In this document: positions 23,772-36,884 of the stretch, one piece after another | Numbering within the stretch: the first letter of the stretch is position 1 | How the letters are laid out: the number at the start of each line of letters is the position of its first letter | Made by a program: the position numbers and the translations under genes | Assembly: GCA_022813865.1 (NCBI GenBank) | Contig: JALDZX010000021.1 | Span: 1-64,000, forward strand | DNA: 64,000 nt | Source of the DNA: Xylographa opegraphella | Lineage: Eukaryota | Direction: 5' to 3' | Notes under the pieces: model-generated | What the model saw: only the letters and a program-made list of their open reading frames with translations | Told to the model about the DNA's origin: nothing | Databases searched by the model: none

Positions 23772-25633
23772 ATGAACTGTCCTTCGCGTACCGACGAGCT
23801 GCCGGACGACGGCTGGAACCAAAATCCTCCAGCCCTCGCGGCCGACCTCACAACCAGAAGCGATCTCAATGGCATAGCAAATCTTCGGCTTCAGCGAGAT
23901 CATTTGGAGCCGGACACAGTCGAGCGGCAGGAGCCACCGGAGAAAGAGATACATGGGCTCGCAAGGGAATCCGGCGTGGTTCGGACAACAACAGCCTCGA
24001 CCGGTCGCGCCGGAGGACCTAAAGCTTCGACGGATGTGAAGCCCCCAAATATTGTTGCAGCTTTCCTACGACGAAGTGGTCAGATCTTGTTAAAATTCTC
24101 GAAATTTATTGGTCCTGGTTTTATGGTCTCTGTTGCCTATATCGATCCTGGGAACTACTCTACCGGTGTTGCTGCGGGTGCATCAGATAGATTTAGATTA
24201 CTCTTTGTAGTTCTCTTATCGAACATATTTGCTATCATTTTGCAGGTGCTTGCGGTCCGCCTAGGGACAGTTACGGGATTGGATCTCGCCGAGCATTGTC
24301 GGCTGTTTCTTCCTAAATGGCTGAATATCTTTTTGTATATCCTCGCAGAGGCAGCCATTATAGCTACGGACATAGCAGAGGTATGAACGTGGAAAAGATG
24401 ATCACCCAGGTGTTGCCTTGTGAATGGTCTCAGACGATCCGACAGCTGACGTCTGTACAGGTCATTGGGTCGGCAATTGCTCTGAATCTTCTACTCAAGA
24501 TCCCTATCGCTGCAGGTTGTGCTCTCACACTAGTCGACGTCCTATTGATTCTTCTTTTCTACAACCCAAGCGGCTCAATGCGGCGTCTGCGAGCCTTCGA
24601 ATTTTGCATCGTTGCCTTGGTTCTTGCTGTAGTGGTATGCTTTTGTATCCAGCTCTCCCTGATATCCAATACTTCGGTTGGGGAGGTCTTTATGGGATAT
24701 CTACCGTCATCGGCAGTCGTGGAAGGACAAGGTCTATATTTGAGCTGCGGTATACTTGGTGCTACTGTTATGCCCCATTCGCTGTACCTCGGAAGCGGTA
24801 TGGTTCGGGCCCGCCTGCATGCTTTTGACGAGAAGGCCAAGCTCATCACTCCGGCTTCTCGGGAATCGCTTCCTCAAATCGACAATGATGGAGCCCATCG
24901 TGTCTCCAATGCATCGGCCAGCAGTCAAGTCGTCAACCAAGAGCAAAATTTACCTCCAGACACAGATTATTACAAGCCTTCTCTTGCGGCTATCAATTCG
25001 TGTCTAAATTATTCCACTGTCGAGCTGGCTCTATCTCTTTCTGTGTTTGCTCTCTTCGTCAACAGCGCTATTCTTATAGTTGCTGGTGCGTCTCTATCAA
25101 ACAACCCCGACGCTGCATCAGCTAGCCTGTTCGGGATCCATGATCTGCTCGCATCCACAATTGCGCCGGCTGCTGGCACCATTTTCGCGTTGGCACTCCT
25201 TTTTTCTGGAACTTCCGCCGGTATTATCTGCACAATAGCGGGTCAAATGATTTCCGAAGGAGCTCTCAACTGGAGCCTAGCACCATGGCTACGAAGGCTG
25301 ATCACTCGCTGTATCAGTATCACCCCAAGCATTATTATTGCAGGGGCTGTTGGTCAGGAGGGTTTCACTGCTGCGCTCAATGGAACTCAAGTAGCACTCA
25401 GTATAATACTGCCATTTGTCAGCGCGCCTTTAATCTATTTTACATGCCGGAACAAATACATGACCGTTGGTACGAGGGGATGCGCAATTTCGGGAGAGAC
25501 AATCTCGAGCATCCAAGGGTCAGTTGGTATGAGAAACCATTGGATCCTGAGTGTAATGGCAGTCTGCGTCTGGCTGGTAATCACCATCATGAACGTGTCA
25601 TTGCTGGTATTCCTGGGTCTGGGACAGGGTTAA
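23772..25633 (+). CDS. SMF1: NRAMP-family divalent metal (Mn2+) transporter, Smf1/Smf2-like
   Basis: FIGPGFMVSVAYIDPGN (DPGN), AIIATDIAE|VIGSAIA, LGATVMPHSLYL (MPH), TIAGQMISEG, LRRLITR; intron 24381-24460. Smf1 versus Smf2 is not resolved. Confidence 0.93.
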
Positions 25634-26891
25634 CGTTTATTTGTCAGGAGCACAGACATCTTTTGTGCACTGCTCTTAATTGCAGCCAATGCTTTCTGTT
25701 TCTGCTACGAGAACAGCTTGCTGGTGCACCATAGCTGAGCTCTGGGATTCCCATGCTCGTGGCTTGCAGCTCGGTACATGGCTCTTATCAATGGCTCAGG
25801 TTGGTCGGGCCTCTCACGAAAATTCTGGGGTTATGCTCTTGTCTAACTGGAAGACTGATGTTTGTATATACTTGTCGTTAATGAACCGCCGACATAACCA
25901 TGATCACATCCCATATTTAAGACTATGTTATCTAATGAAGATTGGGACCGTGTTCTCCAATGAAGATTTATGCTCAAAATGGATGATGAACATCATAAGT
26001 CATTTCTTCAGGTGCCCTTGGCTCCTAGTCTTCATCTTACTTTCCAGTGATACTTTTGAATCTCGCCATATCACAGCTGACTCTATATATACATACAACA
26101 AGCTTTCGACAAGAGAGACTCGCGTTCGACGGGTAAATCCAAATCCCCAAATCCTACCCAGCTATCTTTTCTTAATCGTCATCCTCGTACACGACGGGAT
26201 GTAAACATACACAGCACCATCTACATCAAACTCTGCTCATCAACATCATTCCCTCCCCTCAAAGCCCCCAAACCCCAGCTACGCGACGTATAGGCAAGAC
26301 TAGCAAAGCGAGGCACCAACGCTTAACCACGAGGCGAGGCGGCACTTAAATCCAGACTCGATCTTTCTCCATGAACAGGGATGAAAAATGGTGCTTTGCT
26401 TGTGTGCAGATACATCTGTTTTGAACTAATAAAGAGAAAGACACCTGGTTTGCATTGCGTTCGGAAGGAAGTCGTCTTTATAAGTGGCACGTGCCTGCGC
26501 TCGTGTGGCCAGCTATACTTAGGACCAGACCGGGTCGCATACACGCCCGTTGTCTACACCGTACCGGATTTGATTGACGTTTCTTCGAATAGGGGTAGTT
26601 GTGGACGTGTGAGGGACTGTTGACATGACTAGCGTGCCCTTATCGTGGACTTTCCCGGTAAGAATCCTATTGCTTCGGATCATGGATGGGCCAAGGTATC
26701 GAGTCAAACAAAGAAAGGGAGAATTTTTGCAAATTATGATCCCAAGACGTTCAAATCGTTGGGCGGGCAAGTCTCAAGTACCAACCAAACGAGATATTGG
26801 GACTTCTCCATTCAATACCAGCTTACAAACCGTAGGCCCGTGCGCCTACTATAATGCTCATTCCTTCTTCGACCCTTAATGTACAGATGCT

Positions 26892-28255
26892 TCACTCCTT
26901 CACCCAAACGGCCGCCATTCCCATGCCAGTCCCAACACACATACTGGTTACACCAACCTTCTTGCCTGAACGACCTAGCTCATTGAACAGAGTGGAAACC
27001 TGCCGAGCACCACTGCAGCCGAGCGGGTGACCGAAAGCAATGGCTCCTCCATTTGGATTCACCTGCATCTCAATTAGCCTTATCTGATTGTATCCAGGAG
27101 ATATCCCATACCTTGGACTCATCCAAGCCTAATTCTTTGACACACCATACACACTGACTGGCGAAAGCCTCGTTGATCTCCCACAGATCAACATCCTCCT
27201 TGCTGATCCCTGTTTTCTCCAGTACCACGGGAATAGCCTTCCACGGGCCAATACCCATGAGTAAAGGCTTCACTCCCACAACGGCGCTCTGCACGAATTT
27301 GCCAATTATTTTCTGGCCCAGTCTTTCGGCGGTACTTCGCTTCATGAGCAGTACCGCTGCAGCCCCGTCGCTTATCTGACTTGCGTTTCCCGCATGAATG
27401 CTTCCGTCTTTGGAAAATGCTGGTTTGATCTTGCCTAAACTCTCGACAGTAATCCCAGGCCTTATACCGTCATCTTTAGAGACCGTGAAGATCTTCTCTT
27501 CGTCCGTCTTCGGGTCTATATATTTGACCTCGAGCGGGGCAATTTCTTCGTCAAACTTCCCTTGCTGCTGTGCCTTCAGAGCCCGCTGGTATGACCTGGC
27601 CGCAAAGGCATCCTGTACGTCTCTTGAGATGTGCCTATCTTTCGCCATCTGCTCGCTCAGCACACCCATGGGTACTTTGCAATTCTTCGCCTCGGGATGT
27701 GAGTCCAGAAGCTCCGAAAACTCCGTCACTGCACCAGGTCCATAATGTTGAGACATGCTTTCCACGCCAGACCCGATTCCAATGTCTATCATCCCGGTCT
27801 TTATAGCATTCGCAATGTCCGCACAGGCTTGTAGGCCGCTAGAGCACTGTCTGTTCGTGGCTTTGACTGCCGTGCTCTCCGGGAACCCAGCAGCTAATGC
27901 AGCCGCACGGAATTCAGTAGCACCGCCACCGGGAGGGAGCACAGAGCCCACAGAGATATCCTCCACAAGCGATGGGTCGATCTTCGAGCGTGATATAAGG
28001 GTTTTGAAGGTGTGAACTAGGAGGTCTGCTGCCGCGGTATCCTTCAGTAAGCCTTTCCCCCCACGAGTAAATGGTGTACGAAGGGCACATGTGACGACGA
28101 CATCATTGGGCGATTTCCGCAGTATAGACTCTCGCCCACGAGGGATGTCGACTTCGGAGGAAGCGAGATGAGAGGCCACTTGGCTGAGACGTAGCTGTGC
28201 TGGATACTGTTAGTTTGTGAGCATGGTCTCGAGAGGAGCCCGTACCTTTTGACAT
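26892..28255 (-). CDS. POT1: Peroxisomal 3-ketoacyl-CoA thiolase (PTS2-targeted)
   Basis: Catalytic motifs NRQCSSGLQA, EINEAF, GHPLG, SMCVGTGMG; spliced N-terminus MSKAQL-RLSQVASHL (PTS2, RLx5HL). Introns 28245-28200 and 27111-27063. Confidence 0.93.
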
Positions 28256-28415
28256 AATGAGACTAATAACCTGATGGCTTTGGGGAAACTGTTATTCTTG
28301 GGACCGACGTGCAGTCTCGATAAGGTGGAAGTTGATAGTGGAGGTTTGGGGCAGGCTGTTGTATTGAGGTTATGCTTCTTCCCCGGATTCCGTATTTGAA
28401 ACCAGCATCATCGGA

Positions 28416-28421
28416 CCTCGG
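28416..28421. promoter_or_regulatory. CCTCGG (CCGAGG) FarA/Ctf1-type fatty-acid response element upstream of the thiolase
   Basis: Exact core about 160 nt upstream of the thiolase ATG; this core is established for beta-oxidation/peroxisomal genes in filamentous ascomycetes. A TCACGTGA palindrome lies at 28478-28485. Confidence 0.5.
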
Positions 28422-28771
28422 CTATTTTTACGGAGCCGAGTACCCCTGTCGCTTTCACATGCAGTTATGAGCATCGATCACGTGACCGGGAAAAGGCCTG
28501 GTAAGGTAGGAAAGCGAAAATGGTTATGGTTATCACACCGTTGGTAGGGACAGGAGATCTCTGTGTCCTCCTCTACGGCCATGTAGAATGTTGAGAAGCC
28601 ACATCATATGGAGAGCAAGAGACAATATTATCCTCAGACTTTCTACGAGCATGGTTCTCTACACATCTATTGTCTATCTTTCGATCTAACTTCATCCGCA
28701 AGCAAACACACTTCCATCATTCCCCCCAGTCCATCTTCGCTCCTCTAACAGAGCTTCGACTTCTCTGCTGC

Positions 28772-29434
28772 TCATTTCTTGCCCCGTACTTTGCCCTCCT
28801 TCGTCTTACTCTTCTTGCCGTCCTTCCTCCCTCTCCACTTCCCCTGCCCACTGTCCCCACTATCTTCACTACTACTCTCCTCTACACTCTCATCATCGTC
28901 ACTGCTCCCACTCTTTTCATTATCCTCACCATCCTCAAGCTCTTCCGACCCAGCATCCCTCTCCGTCTCCCAGGTCGTCACCACCAGACTCGTCACCCAC
29001 GTCCTCCTGACCGCCCCATCCGGCATCGTCTCCACCAGCTGCGTCCCGTAGCTCTCCTCCTTGTACTCAAGCGTGATCTGCAGCTTTCCCGCGCTCTTGT
29101 CTGCTTCGAAGTCCAAAAGCGTCTTCGACTTTCTGCGAATAGCATACCCGTCTTTGTTGACCCTGAGTCTCTCCTTCTTCTGCGGATCGTGAATGTATGT
29201 GAACGGTCCCCAAGTCTTCAGACGGATGGGGTCCGCCGTGAATTCGGCGCCCGGTTGAGCGGGTACAGAGATGGACCCAGGAGGAACGGGTGGGTAGATG
29301 ACTGGTGATTGTTGCAATTGAGTGGGTGCTAGGAGCGGTGTGGAGGAGGTCGGAGCGTTTGCCGGTTGGAGGGAGGAAAGAGTTGGAGCTGGGAGATAGG
29401 TGGTTGATGAAGGGACTTTGAAATGCTTAGGCAT
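28772..29434 (-). CDS. Hypothetical protein (Pro/Ser-rich N-terminus, acidic then Lys-rich C-terminus; possibly nuclear)
   Basis: Open frame from ATG 29434 (MPKHFK..); central WGPFTYIHDP..RVNKDGYAIRR; D/E/S tract and KKSKTKEGK tail. Confidence 0.6.
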   Translation of the reverse strand: MPKHFKVPSSTTYLPAPTLSSLQPANAPTSSTPLLAPTQLQQSPVIYPPVPPGSISVPAQPGAEFTADPIRLKTWGPFTYIHDPQKKERLRVNKDGYAIRRKSKTLLDFEADKSAGKLQITLEYKEESYGTQLVETMPDGAVRRTWVTSLVVTTWETERDAGSEELEDGEDNEKSGSSDDDESVEESSSEDSGDSGQGKWRGRKDGKKSKTKEGKVRGKK

Positions 29435-29794
29435 GGCGAGATGTGTTTTGCTGTTCAGCACAGTTGGTGCCTGAAAAAATAAACTACCACAAGTAAATAC
29501 TACATTTGTTGAATCACAAAATCTTCTAGAATATGAGATACTCAGAAAAGGATGCAACAAAGAAGACTTTGTGCATACGCTATCACCCGTTAGATGAGTT
29601 TGTATTATTCTATCAGCATAAAGAGACACTCTTTGGATGATTTGAAACGGGAACGAGAAGCAGCAGTGGATGCAAAGATATGCTGAAAGGCTAAATTCGA
29701 TTTGGGTCATCAATGTTTGACGCAGCTACCAACGACATGTACGAGTCGTGGTTTCGTTCTATCGTACAGAGCCGCTCATGACACACCGCACCCC

Positions 29795-31215
29795 TCAATG
29801 GGGGAGAGTGGCCAACAACCGCGCAAGCGGGGTGTCCCTCTTCTTCCTTTCGATCGCTTGAGCTTTTAACGTCCTCTCATGGACGACTCCATCCTTTGCC
29901 ACCATGTAGCCACAGAGCTCTTCTGCAGCCTCGTCCGACATGTAATCCCACGGGGCGATTATCACGTGCTTCAGGCCGCGTATGGTATAGAGACACTCGA
30001 TGGTGTCGTTTCGTGCACGGATCGCACAGTCTCGGGTCCACTCGTCGTCCCCATACCTCCTGATGCCAAGAGCATCGTCCCAGCCGGCGAACGAGATCGC
30101 GAGGTATTTGAGGGTCTGGTGCTTGGCGAGGTAGCGGAAGAGATTGAGCCAGAGCCTTTCTCGTGGTACGCAGAGGTGGGAGAGGCCGGCGTCCAACTGG
30201 ATGACCAGGGTCGTCACGATCTTCATTGTATCGCCGAGTTGAGTGGTCCACCACTGGGCAATCTTGGCGTCATTAAGAACGAACTGGTGCTTATCGCCGT
30301 AAAGTACCGCTGACGCTTCTTTGTAGAGCTGTTTGTTGACACGAAGGATAGAGACATCTTTGTTCCAGGGAGGCCCGTATATGCGCTCCGATGGGCGATC
30401 TCCGTCGAAGGCCTTATAATATGGTATCACTGTACGGTCTGAAGGATCATCCTTGGCGGTAAACTCGAACTCGTCTTCGTCATCATACATGTAAGGATTG
30501 TGATCCGACACCAAGACATAACCAAAGATTTGTTTACGAATGTCTAAGCTCATACCCAAAAGAGATGGTGACAAAGTAGTTAGCGAGGACATATCAGAGC
30601 TAGTCCAGTCCATGGTGTTATCTTGATCTTGGGGTTCGGATATGGGTTCTGCTATGCTGTATACGGTCAGACATTACACACCATCAGGAAATTTGTATAT
30701 TACTTACCAAAAGAAGATCTTCGAATGGCCACGGTTTGTGGTCTTGGATTTATGATTACTATCGGCCTTGTGAACTTGGGGTAGCAGATAACCACGAAGA
30801 ATAGTTGCTTTCAATGGTTGTGAGGTATTGTCGAGGCTGATAGTATCTTGTCAGCACAAGATCACAACATTGTCCGTGTAAAAACATACCCAGATTCAGT
30901 TTTTTGAGCCTGTCCAGCTGACGAGATATTCTCGGCACGCTGTTTGACTGAAGCAGCAAGTTTTAGGGCAGCGGCTGACGGAGCGCCTTGCCTAAGTGTT
31001 TTCTGTGTATTGTGACGAGCACGGTTTCTTCTCCGCTTCTGAGATCTTGACAAAGGAGGTTCAGTGTCTAATACAACCACGTCTTCACGGGGTACGCTTG
31101 AAGATCTGCTATGCGTATAGTTCTGGATTTGCCAAGTATGCTCATGTGCAGTGTCTTGCACTGTAGCTGAGACTTCTTGATCATCCAAACGCTTGGGTGG
31201 GTTTGTGGGTGCCAT
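29795..31215 (-). CDS. Hypothetical protein with an F-box-like N-motif (LxxDIRxxIFxYVL..ILRVNKQLYxEAxxVLYG)
   Basis: Introns 30889-30837 (GTATGT..GCTGAC..CAG) and 30707-30657 (GTAAGT..CTGAC..CAG) join ORF 30862-31230 in frame to ORF 29795-30613. Basic NLS-like SRSQKRRRNR in exon 1. Confidence 0.7.
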
Positions 31216-31644
31216 GGTTACGTAACACAAACCGCCCTGTTATACTGCGCGGGTGCTTGAGAACGACGGGGTATGAGGTGCTTGAAAGCGACGGGGGTAC
31301 GAAGTACTTCCGGAAAGGTCTCGAAGAACACCATCTCTAGACGCTAGGAACCAGCGAGAACTGTGTTGGTTGGGATGAACGCTTTGACCACCATGCAGTG
31401 TAGTGTTGATAATACTCAACAGCTGATAACACAGATAGACCCTGTATCTGTCTTTCAATTGCCGCAGTGGGTTTCCTCAAGAGTCCGGTTGTCTTGGTTC
31501 TCAACGACCTGTAACACGGAGGTCTCCTCCAAGAGACCCTTCTGTACGAAATCATCCTTGCCTTCTCGTGGCGTCAGGTGTATTGGTCTGGATCATGACT
31601 GATAATATAGGATCATCGTTCAACTGTTGAACAATGTTAACCGA

Positions 31645-32530
31645 TTACCTCCACATTGCAAAGGCCTTCGAGACAGACATGCCATTTTTCACGGCATATT
31701 TGATCCCTTCTTCGGCCTCGATGTGTTCTTGCAACAACTTTGTCACAGCTTCCAGAAGACTACGGGGTATAACAACCACACCTTCCACTAGATCGCAAAA
31801 AACAATATCGCCAGGCTTGATCGTAACATCGCCGATGGTGACAGGAACCTGCGTAGCATATACCTTTGCCTCCGCGGAGGCTCCCACAGTGGAGGTGCCG
31901 CGAGCCCAAATCTGTTGAAAATGAGAAATAGTACAGGAACATGATCGGATAGCTCGCTCTCACCGGACATTTGAGCTTGCGAAGCTCTTCTATATCTCTT
32001 ATACGTCCAGACACCAAAATGCCTTTTGCACCTTTTCTATCAATATTGAGGGCGTGGATTCCTCCAACAACAGCACACTTTTGACCCTCCGGCTGTTGAA
32101 CAACTACTATCGTATTGCCCTGCACGAGGTCGGACCATTGCACAGCAGAACTTATGTTTGAAGAAGCGGCTTTCGGCAATGAATCAGAACCATTGATAGG
32201 AGCCTTGGGTTGGAATTGAACGGTGAAGGCAGGAGCTATTATCTTCCTGGCGGCGTGTGGTTGGCCACGAGGTATATTGCCTCCCACATGAAGCACTATT
32301 CAGTGGTCTTCAGCACGAAGGGCTAGATAAACACACAAAGAGCTGAAGTACCAATGCCATCAAGAAACCCTGCACACGCGCGCTTGCCCTCCTCGACCTT
32401 CTCTAGCTTTAGTAACGCATCGGAGATCTTTTATGGTATCAGCACTAGCTTGGCACCCTGCTTCGGTGGGCTGCAGGCCTACATCACAGGCGGAGTAGTT
32501 TTGTAAGCGGTAAAGCTGGTCCTCGGACAT
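31645..32530 (-). CDS. RraA-like / 4-hydroxy-4-methyl-2-oxoglutarate (HMG) aldolase family protein
   Basis: YSACD|ISDALLKL, CAVVGGI, GILVSGRIRDIEEL, IWARGTSTVG, TIKPGDIVFCD..GVVVIP. Introns 32482-32428, 32351-32296 and 31963-31912. Confidence 0.87.
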
Positions 32531-33330
32531 GACTGCATTATCTCGAGGTATTGTTGATGGGATGACGTTGGCTTGGAAGAGGCGAAGCTGTGACGGTTAA
32601 CGGCGCTTGGATGCTTACAGGTAGACTGTGGTCTGCGCCAAGAACTAGTATAGCCGGGGGCAACTGTCAATAATCTAATCAATCTACACGATTCTGTCCA
32701 ATTTCAGGTGCTCTTTACCCGGTGAATCCTCATGTATACCAAGCTGTCGACATCAGGTGGCTCGAGTTGCGATGCCGCTGCACTAATTCCAAGCCAACGG
32801 CATCTATCATGACAAATACAGTACCTCCGTAGCCATCAGTGACTTGATCGGTTAACCCTTTACGGCTTGAACCCTCCGCATCTTGACCTCTTCTCTCCGA
32901 TGTGGATAATACTTACCCTCGCTATTCGGAGTCCACTACCCTGTCGAATGTAACTCCGTTCATAAGTCTTGAGCACAGCCCCAGTCAATTGATGTGTGTG
33001 CCTGTAACCCTTGTCTGTTTTCTGTCGCGATCCCGCTTTTGAATTTGATATTCCAAATCGTTTCATTCAGTTGAGTTCAAACCACCATTTGAGGACTCAT
33101 TTACAGGGAGATGCTTGCCAATGCCTCACCGAAACTTGTATTCTTCTGTTGTGCCGACGCGTCACGCTTCACGTTTGCGGTCAGAAAGTAAGAAAAGGAA
33201 TACTTGAACGAAGTAGAATGATGTGGTCGGTGAGAGGCATATAAAGCATCATGCCTTCCCACACATCAGTAGATTCTCATTGTTTCCTGTATAAGCCTGT
33301 GGATCTTCGACAGTATATCAACAGTCAACG

Positions 33331-34708
33331 ATGCATTCTTTTGCAACCTTCGTCTTGCTCTGTGGCCTTGTACCTTTGGTCGTTCCTCGAGTCATCAGTC
33401 GAAGGGAAACACGACCACGTGCAGCATATACCTTGGATAACGATGGGGCAGGCGCCTACATTCTCGCTCTTCGGATCGACCTTGCGAATGGGACAGTCTC
33501 CCCACCGGTCAAGACCCCGACTGGCGGTTTGGGTCTCCTAGGTACTACAGCCACTGGACCAGCTGGTCCAGACGGACTCTTCGGGCAGAACGCGGTATTA
33601 GTATCTGAAGACGTAAGACCCCCTCACTCGCCTCCAAGAGGGCATGTCCCATACAGTTCACAGAAGCTGATATCTGTCGTTGCGTAGTACCTGTTTACGG
33701 TCAACCCTGGTTCGAATACTGTGTCCATGTTCTCCATCAACGTCGATAACCCAACAAACCTCACAATGGTCGGCCAACCCGCTTCTACACTCGGTGAATT
33801 CCCAATGAGCGTAGCCTATTCTCCTACACTCAAGATGGGTAAGTCAGGAAATTCCCTGAATTATGTCTAGCAGAATAAAAACTCGAGACCATTGACTATC
33901 TTTAGTGTGTACGATCAACGGAGGTGCAATGAATGGCGTGTCCTGCTTTTCTACAGATCATGCTAAGGGCCTCGTGTCCCTTGATACTTCTTCACGCTCC
34001 CTCTCGCCCTATCTGAACCAAACTACACCTCCGGTTGGACCTCCAGGTACTGCCTCCGACATCTTTTTCAATCCGGCCTCCACTGCGCTCTTCGCCGTCG
34101 TGAAAGGCAACCCTGGTACGACGCCGCCAACCCCCTCCACATATCTCGCATGGCCCGTTATCAACGGTAGAGTCTCATGTGAAGCCGTAATATCCCAAGT
34201 GCCCGATGTTCTTGTGAGCTTCGGTGGCAACTTCCTCAGTGACCATATACTTGCGAGTGTTGACGCAAGTTTTGGCGTCGCCCTCCTGGAAGTCTCTCCA
34301 TCCTTCAAACTCACAGAAGAAGTACACACCATTGTCCCCAACCAGAAAGCCATCTGCTGGTCGGTGTACGCGCCTCGGTTCGACGCCGTTTACGCGCCGG
34401 ACACTGGGACTGGAATCTTCACAGCCATTAATCCCAGGACGGGAACGATCAAGAGCCAATTTAGCTACGATGTTGGGATGGTCGGGTTGCCATTCGATTT
34501 CGCGGTCGATCGGACGAGCTTGTACTTCTTGACAGGCAACGCAAGTGTGGCGGTGTTTGATCTGGAAGGAAGCAATAGTGGCAAGGTGCCGACTGTGGTG
34601 CAGAACCTGGATATCAGTGAGGGAGGCAGCAAGAAGTTGTTTCAGGGGATGGCGACGTATCCTTCGCAACATTTGGAGGCGATGGTCGCGGATGGGTGTG
34701 TGTATTGA
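33331..34708 (+). CDS. Secreted lactonase/3-carboxymuconate cyclase-like beta-propeller protein
   Basis: Signal peptide; AAYTLDND, TPTGGLG, YLFTVNPGSNTVSMFSI, GEFPMSVAYS, TTPPVGPPGTASDIFF, QKAICW. Introns 33613-33687 and 33839-33905. Confidence 0.8.
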
Positions 34709-35719
34709 GATACGATAAGTCTCGTCTGAGCTATTTCGATTGGGCTGGCAAGGGAGTGCGATGCTATCCCTGAACGTCTGTCCCTACCAATATCTAAATG
34801 TAATTTGAGTCCACCGCACGTTAATGCGATAATAATGAGGCAATAAGCACAGATAATTAATCAAAGTATACCGGTGTCCCGAACATCGTGCATCTGCCCG
34901 AATATATCCCCTTCATTCCTAAACGTACACTTATTACAAATCCCCTGCTGTCGCCTTCCAAAGATTCAGCTGCATAATGATGGCGAGAGTAGTGACAGCA
35001 AGGACGACATGATCGCGAAGTCCTCGGGTCGGAGATTGAGCAAGATATCGGCCAATCAAGTAAACTTGGGGGGGATAGGGGTTGCGCTTTAGGGAGACTT
35101 CGCTAAATTTACTCCGTAGTGTCCCTAGGATACCCTAACTGAAGGGGTATTCAAGCAACAACGATGAAAATCGTGAGAGAAAGCTAACCCCCAATCAAGA
35201 TATCCGAAGGTAATTCATCCCTTCTCGTATTCAGAGTATGCAGCCCGTTCCAGAAACTACCTACCAGATACTCTAGCTAATGAAACAAATCCACTCTTCA
35301 AGTAGTGTCTGATCAACCAATCCTGCCAGCTACCTTCAGATCTGTGAAAGTAACATCGCTGTGCCTCCCGCGTCTGACCCGATAAATGAACGCCGTATCC
35401 TGAGCCAACAGTTTCCAGAAGCCTAAGCCTCGACATTGCTCGCGTACCTCATTTTCCCTGATCTCTCTATGCTCTTTCGTGCATGAGTCGCTGCAAGCAG
35501 TGGCATGTTTCCGATTTGAGGTTGGTAATTGTGGTCTTTCCGGATCTGGGCGCTTACCGTCGTAACGCTATCTGTTTATTCCTAGATGTTTGGATCTGGT
35601 CTTCTTGTAATTGTAGCATGGGGTCGAATTAGAGATCCGTTCGCAGAATTATGACCAGTTCCTACCTTCGTTGATGAGTACCCAGTATTGCATCGTTGAC
35701 TTCAATTTAATTATCCGTT

Positions 35720-36884
35720 ATGCATTTGCGTTGGCTTCCCTTTCTTCTTCTAGGCAATCCTCTATCAATAGTGGTTCAAGCCAAAGTCACCTTTTACCGA
35801 GGTCACGATGCTGAAAGCCCTGGCTGCACCCCTTCGCACGCCAAAATCCTCACCGCCGCACTCGCGGAAGGTGAAGAAGCAATTCACACCGCTGTAACCG
35901 CTCTTCAACATAGCAGCGAACCCCGCGCTCACAAAGTCTGTGCTGAACTTTTCGCGCAGACCCACACGAGCAAAGCCTCTGGTAAGTTCCTGATTTCAAT
36001 TCCTGCTGCATGCTGATACTCTGAAGGCACCCTCCAAAAAGTCCTCAATGCCTCCAAGAACCCCACATCTGATATCACACTCTTCTGTAACGAGAACCAC
36101 ATAATCAAACTTCCCGACCCGCATAGCAACGTCCCCGTTTGGACCGACACTGCCTGGAGTACCACTGCAGGGAAACTTCTCCCCCAGGTCCAGACTAGCT
36201 GGGCCGAAGCTGATGGCTGGAAGAATACGGACGCCAAAAACATGTGCGAGATGGGCTTCAGCGCATACACGGTGGGCATCAATTCCCTGCCTGACCAGGC
36301 ACAGCTTGATGCTTCGAAGATGCGCGACTCCAGCCAAGTCATGCTGTGCGAGCGCTTCTGGAAGGATGTGCCAGGCGGATTCCAAACCGCAAGACACTGC
36401 CGCAGTGGAAGGCTGCTTTGCCGAGCTTATTGAAGCAGGGGGAAGTGACGCTCAACCAGATGTATCCCAGGAGTTTGTCGCTCGTCCATGAAGTGAGATG
36501 CTCCAGATGGTCGTGTTGTCTAGAGCTAAGGCTGATTCTATATGTGGTGTAGCTGTTTCACACGGAACTGGTTGCGGGAAGGACGTGAATGGAGACGGAA
36601 CAATCCAAGTCGGTCCCACGCTGCCTTATTATTCCGATATCTGATCTCTATTGCAGGACTTCGCGTATGGGTACCCGGATTGTGCAAGCTGGTGACGGCG
36701 AACAATCCGAAGGAGTCGCCGCTCGAGAATGCAAACAGCTTTACGTTGCTGGTATTCGGCGAGTACCTCGGCATCCTCGAGAGTTGGAAGTGGCAGTACC
36801 TTAAGAGCTGATTCGTATGTCGTAGCGCTGAACATGCCTGGCGACTGGTCGGGTGGCAAAAGAGGCGAGAAATTCTCGTTCTGA
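35720..36884 (+). pseudogene. Secreted zincin metalloprotease of M35/deuterolysin-like type with three apparent 1-nt deletions (pseudogene or assembly errors)
   Basis: Signal peptide; spliced HE|LFH (HEXXH), DFAYGYPDC, ENANSF (NADSY-like) and C-terminal DWSGG. Introns 35982-36026, 36493-36552, 36609-36656 and 36759-36825 (GC-AG). Frame breaks near 36372, 36579 and 36685. Confidence 0.65.

Noticed and set aside
26381..26879. Short plus-strand ORFs between NRAMP and thiolase
   Set aside because: Could not be spliced into a coherent gene; no family signal.
28670..29308. Hydrophobic 212-aa plus-strand ORF
   Set aside because: Antisense of the acidic/basic tract in the minus-strand gene.
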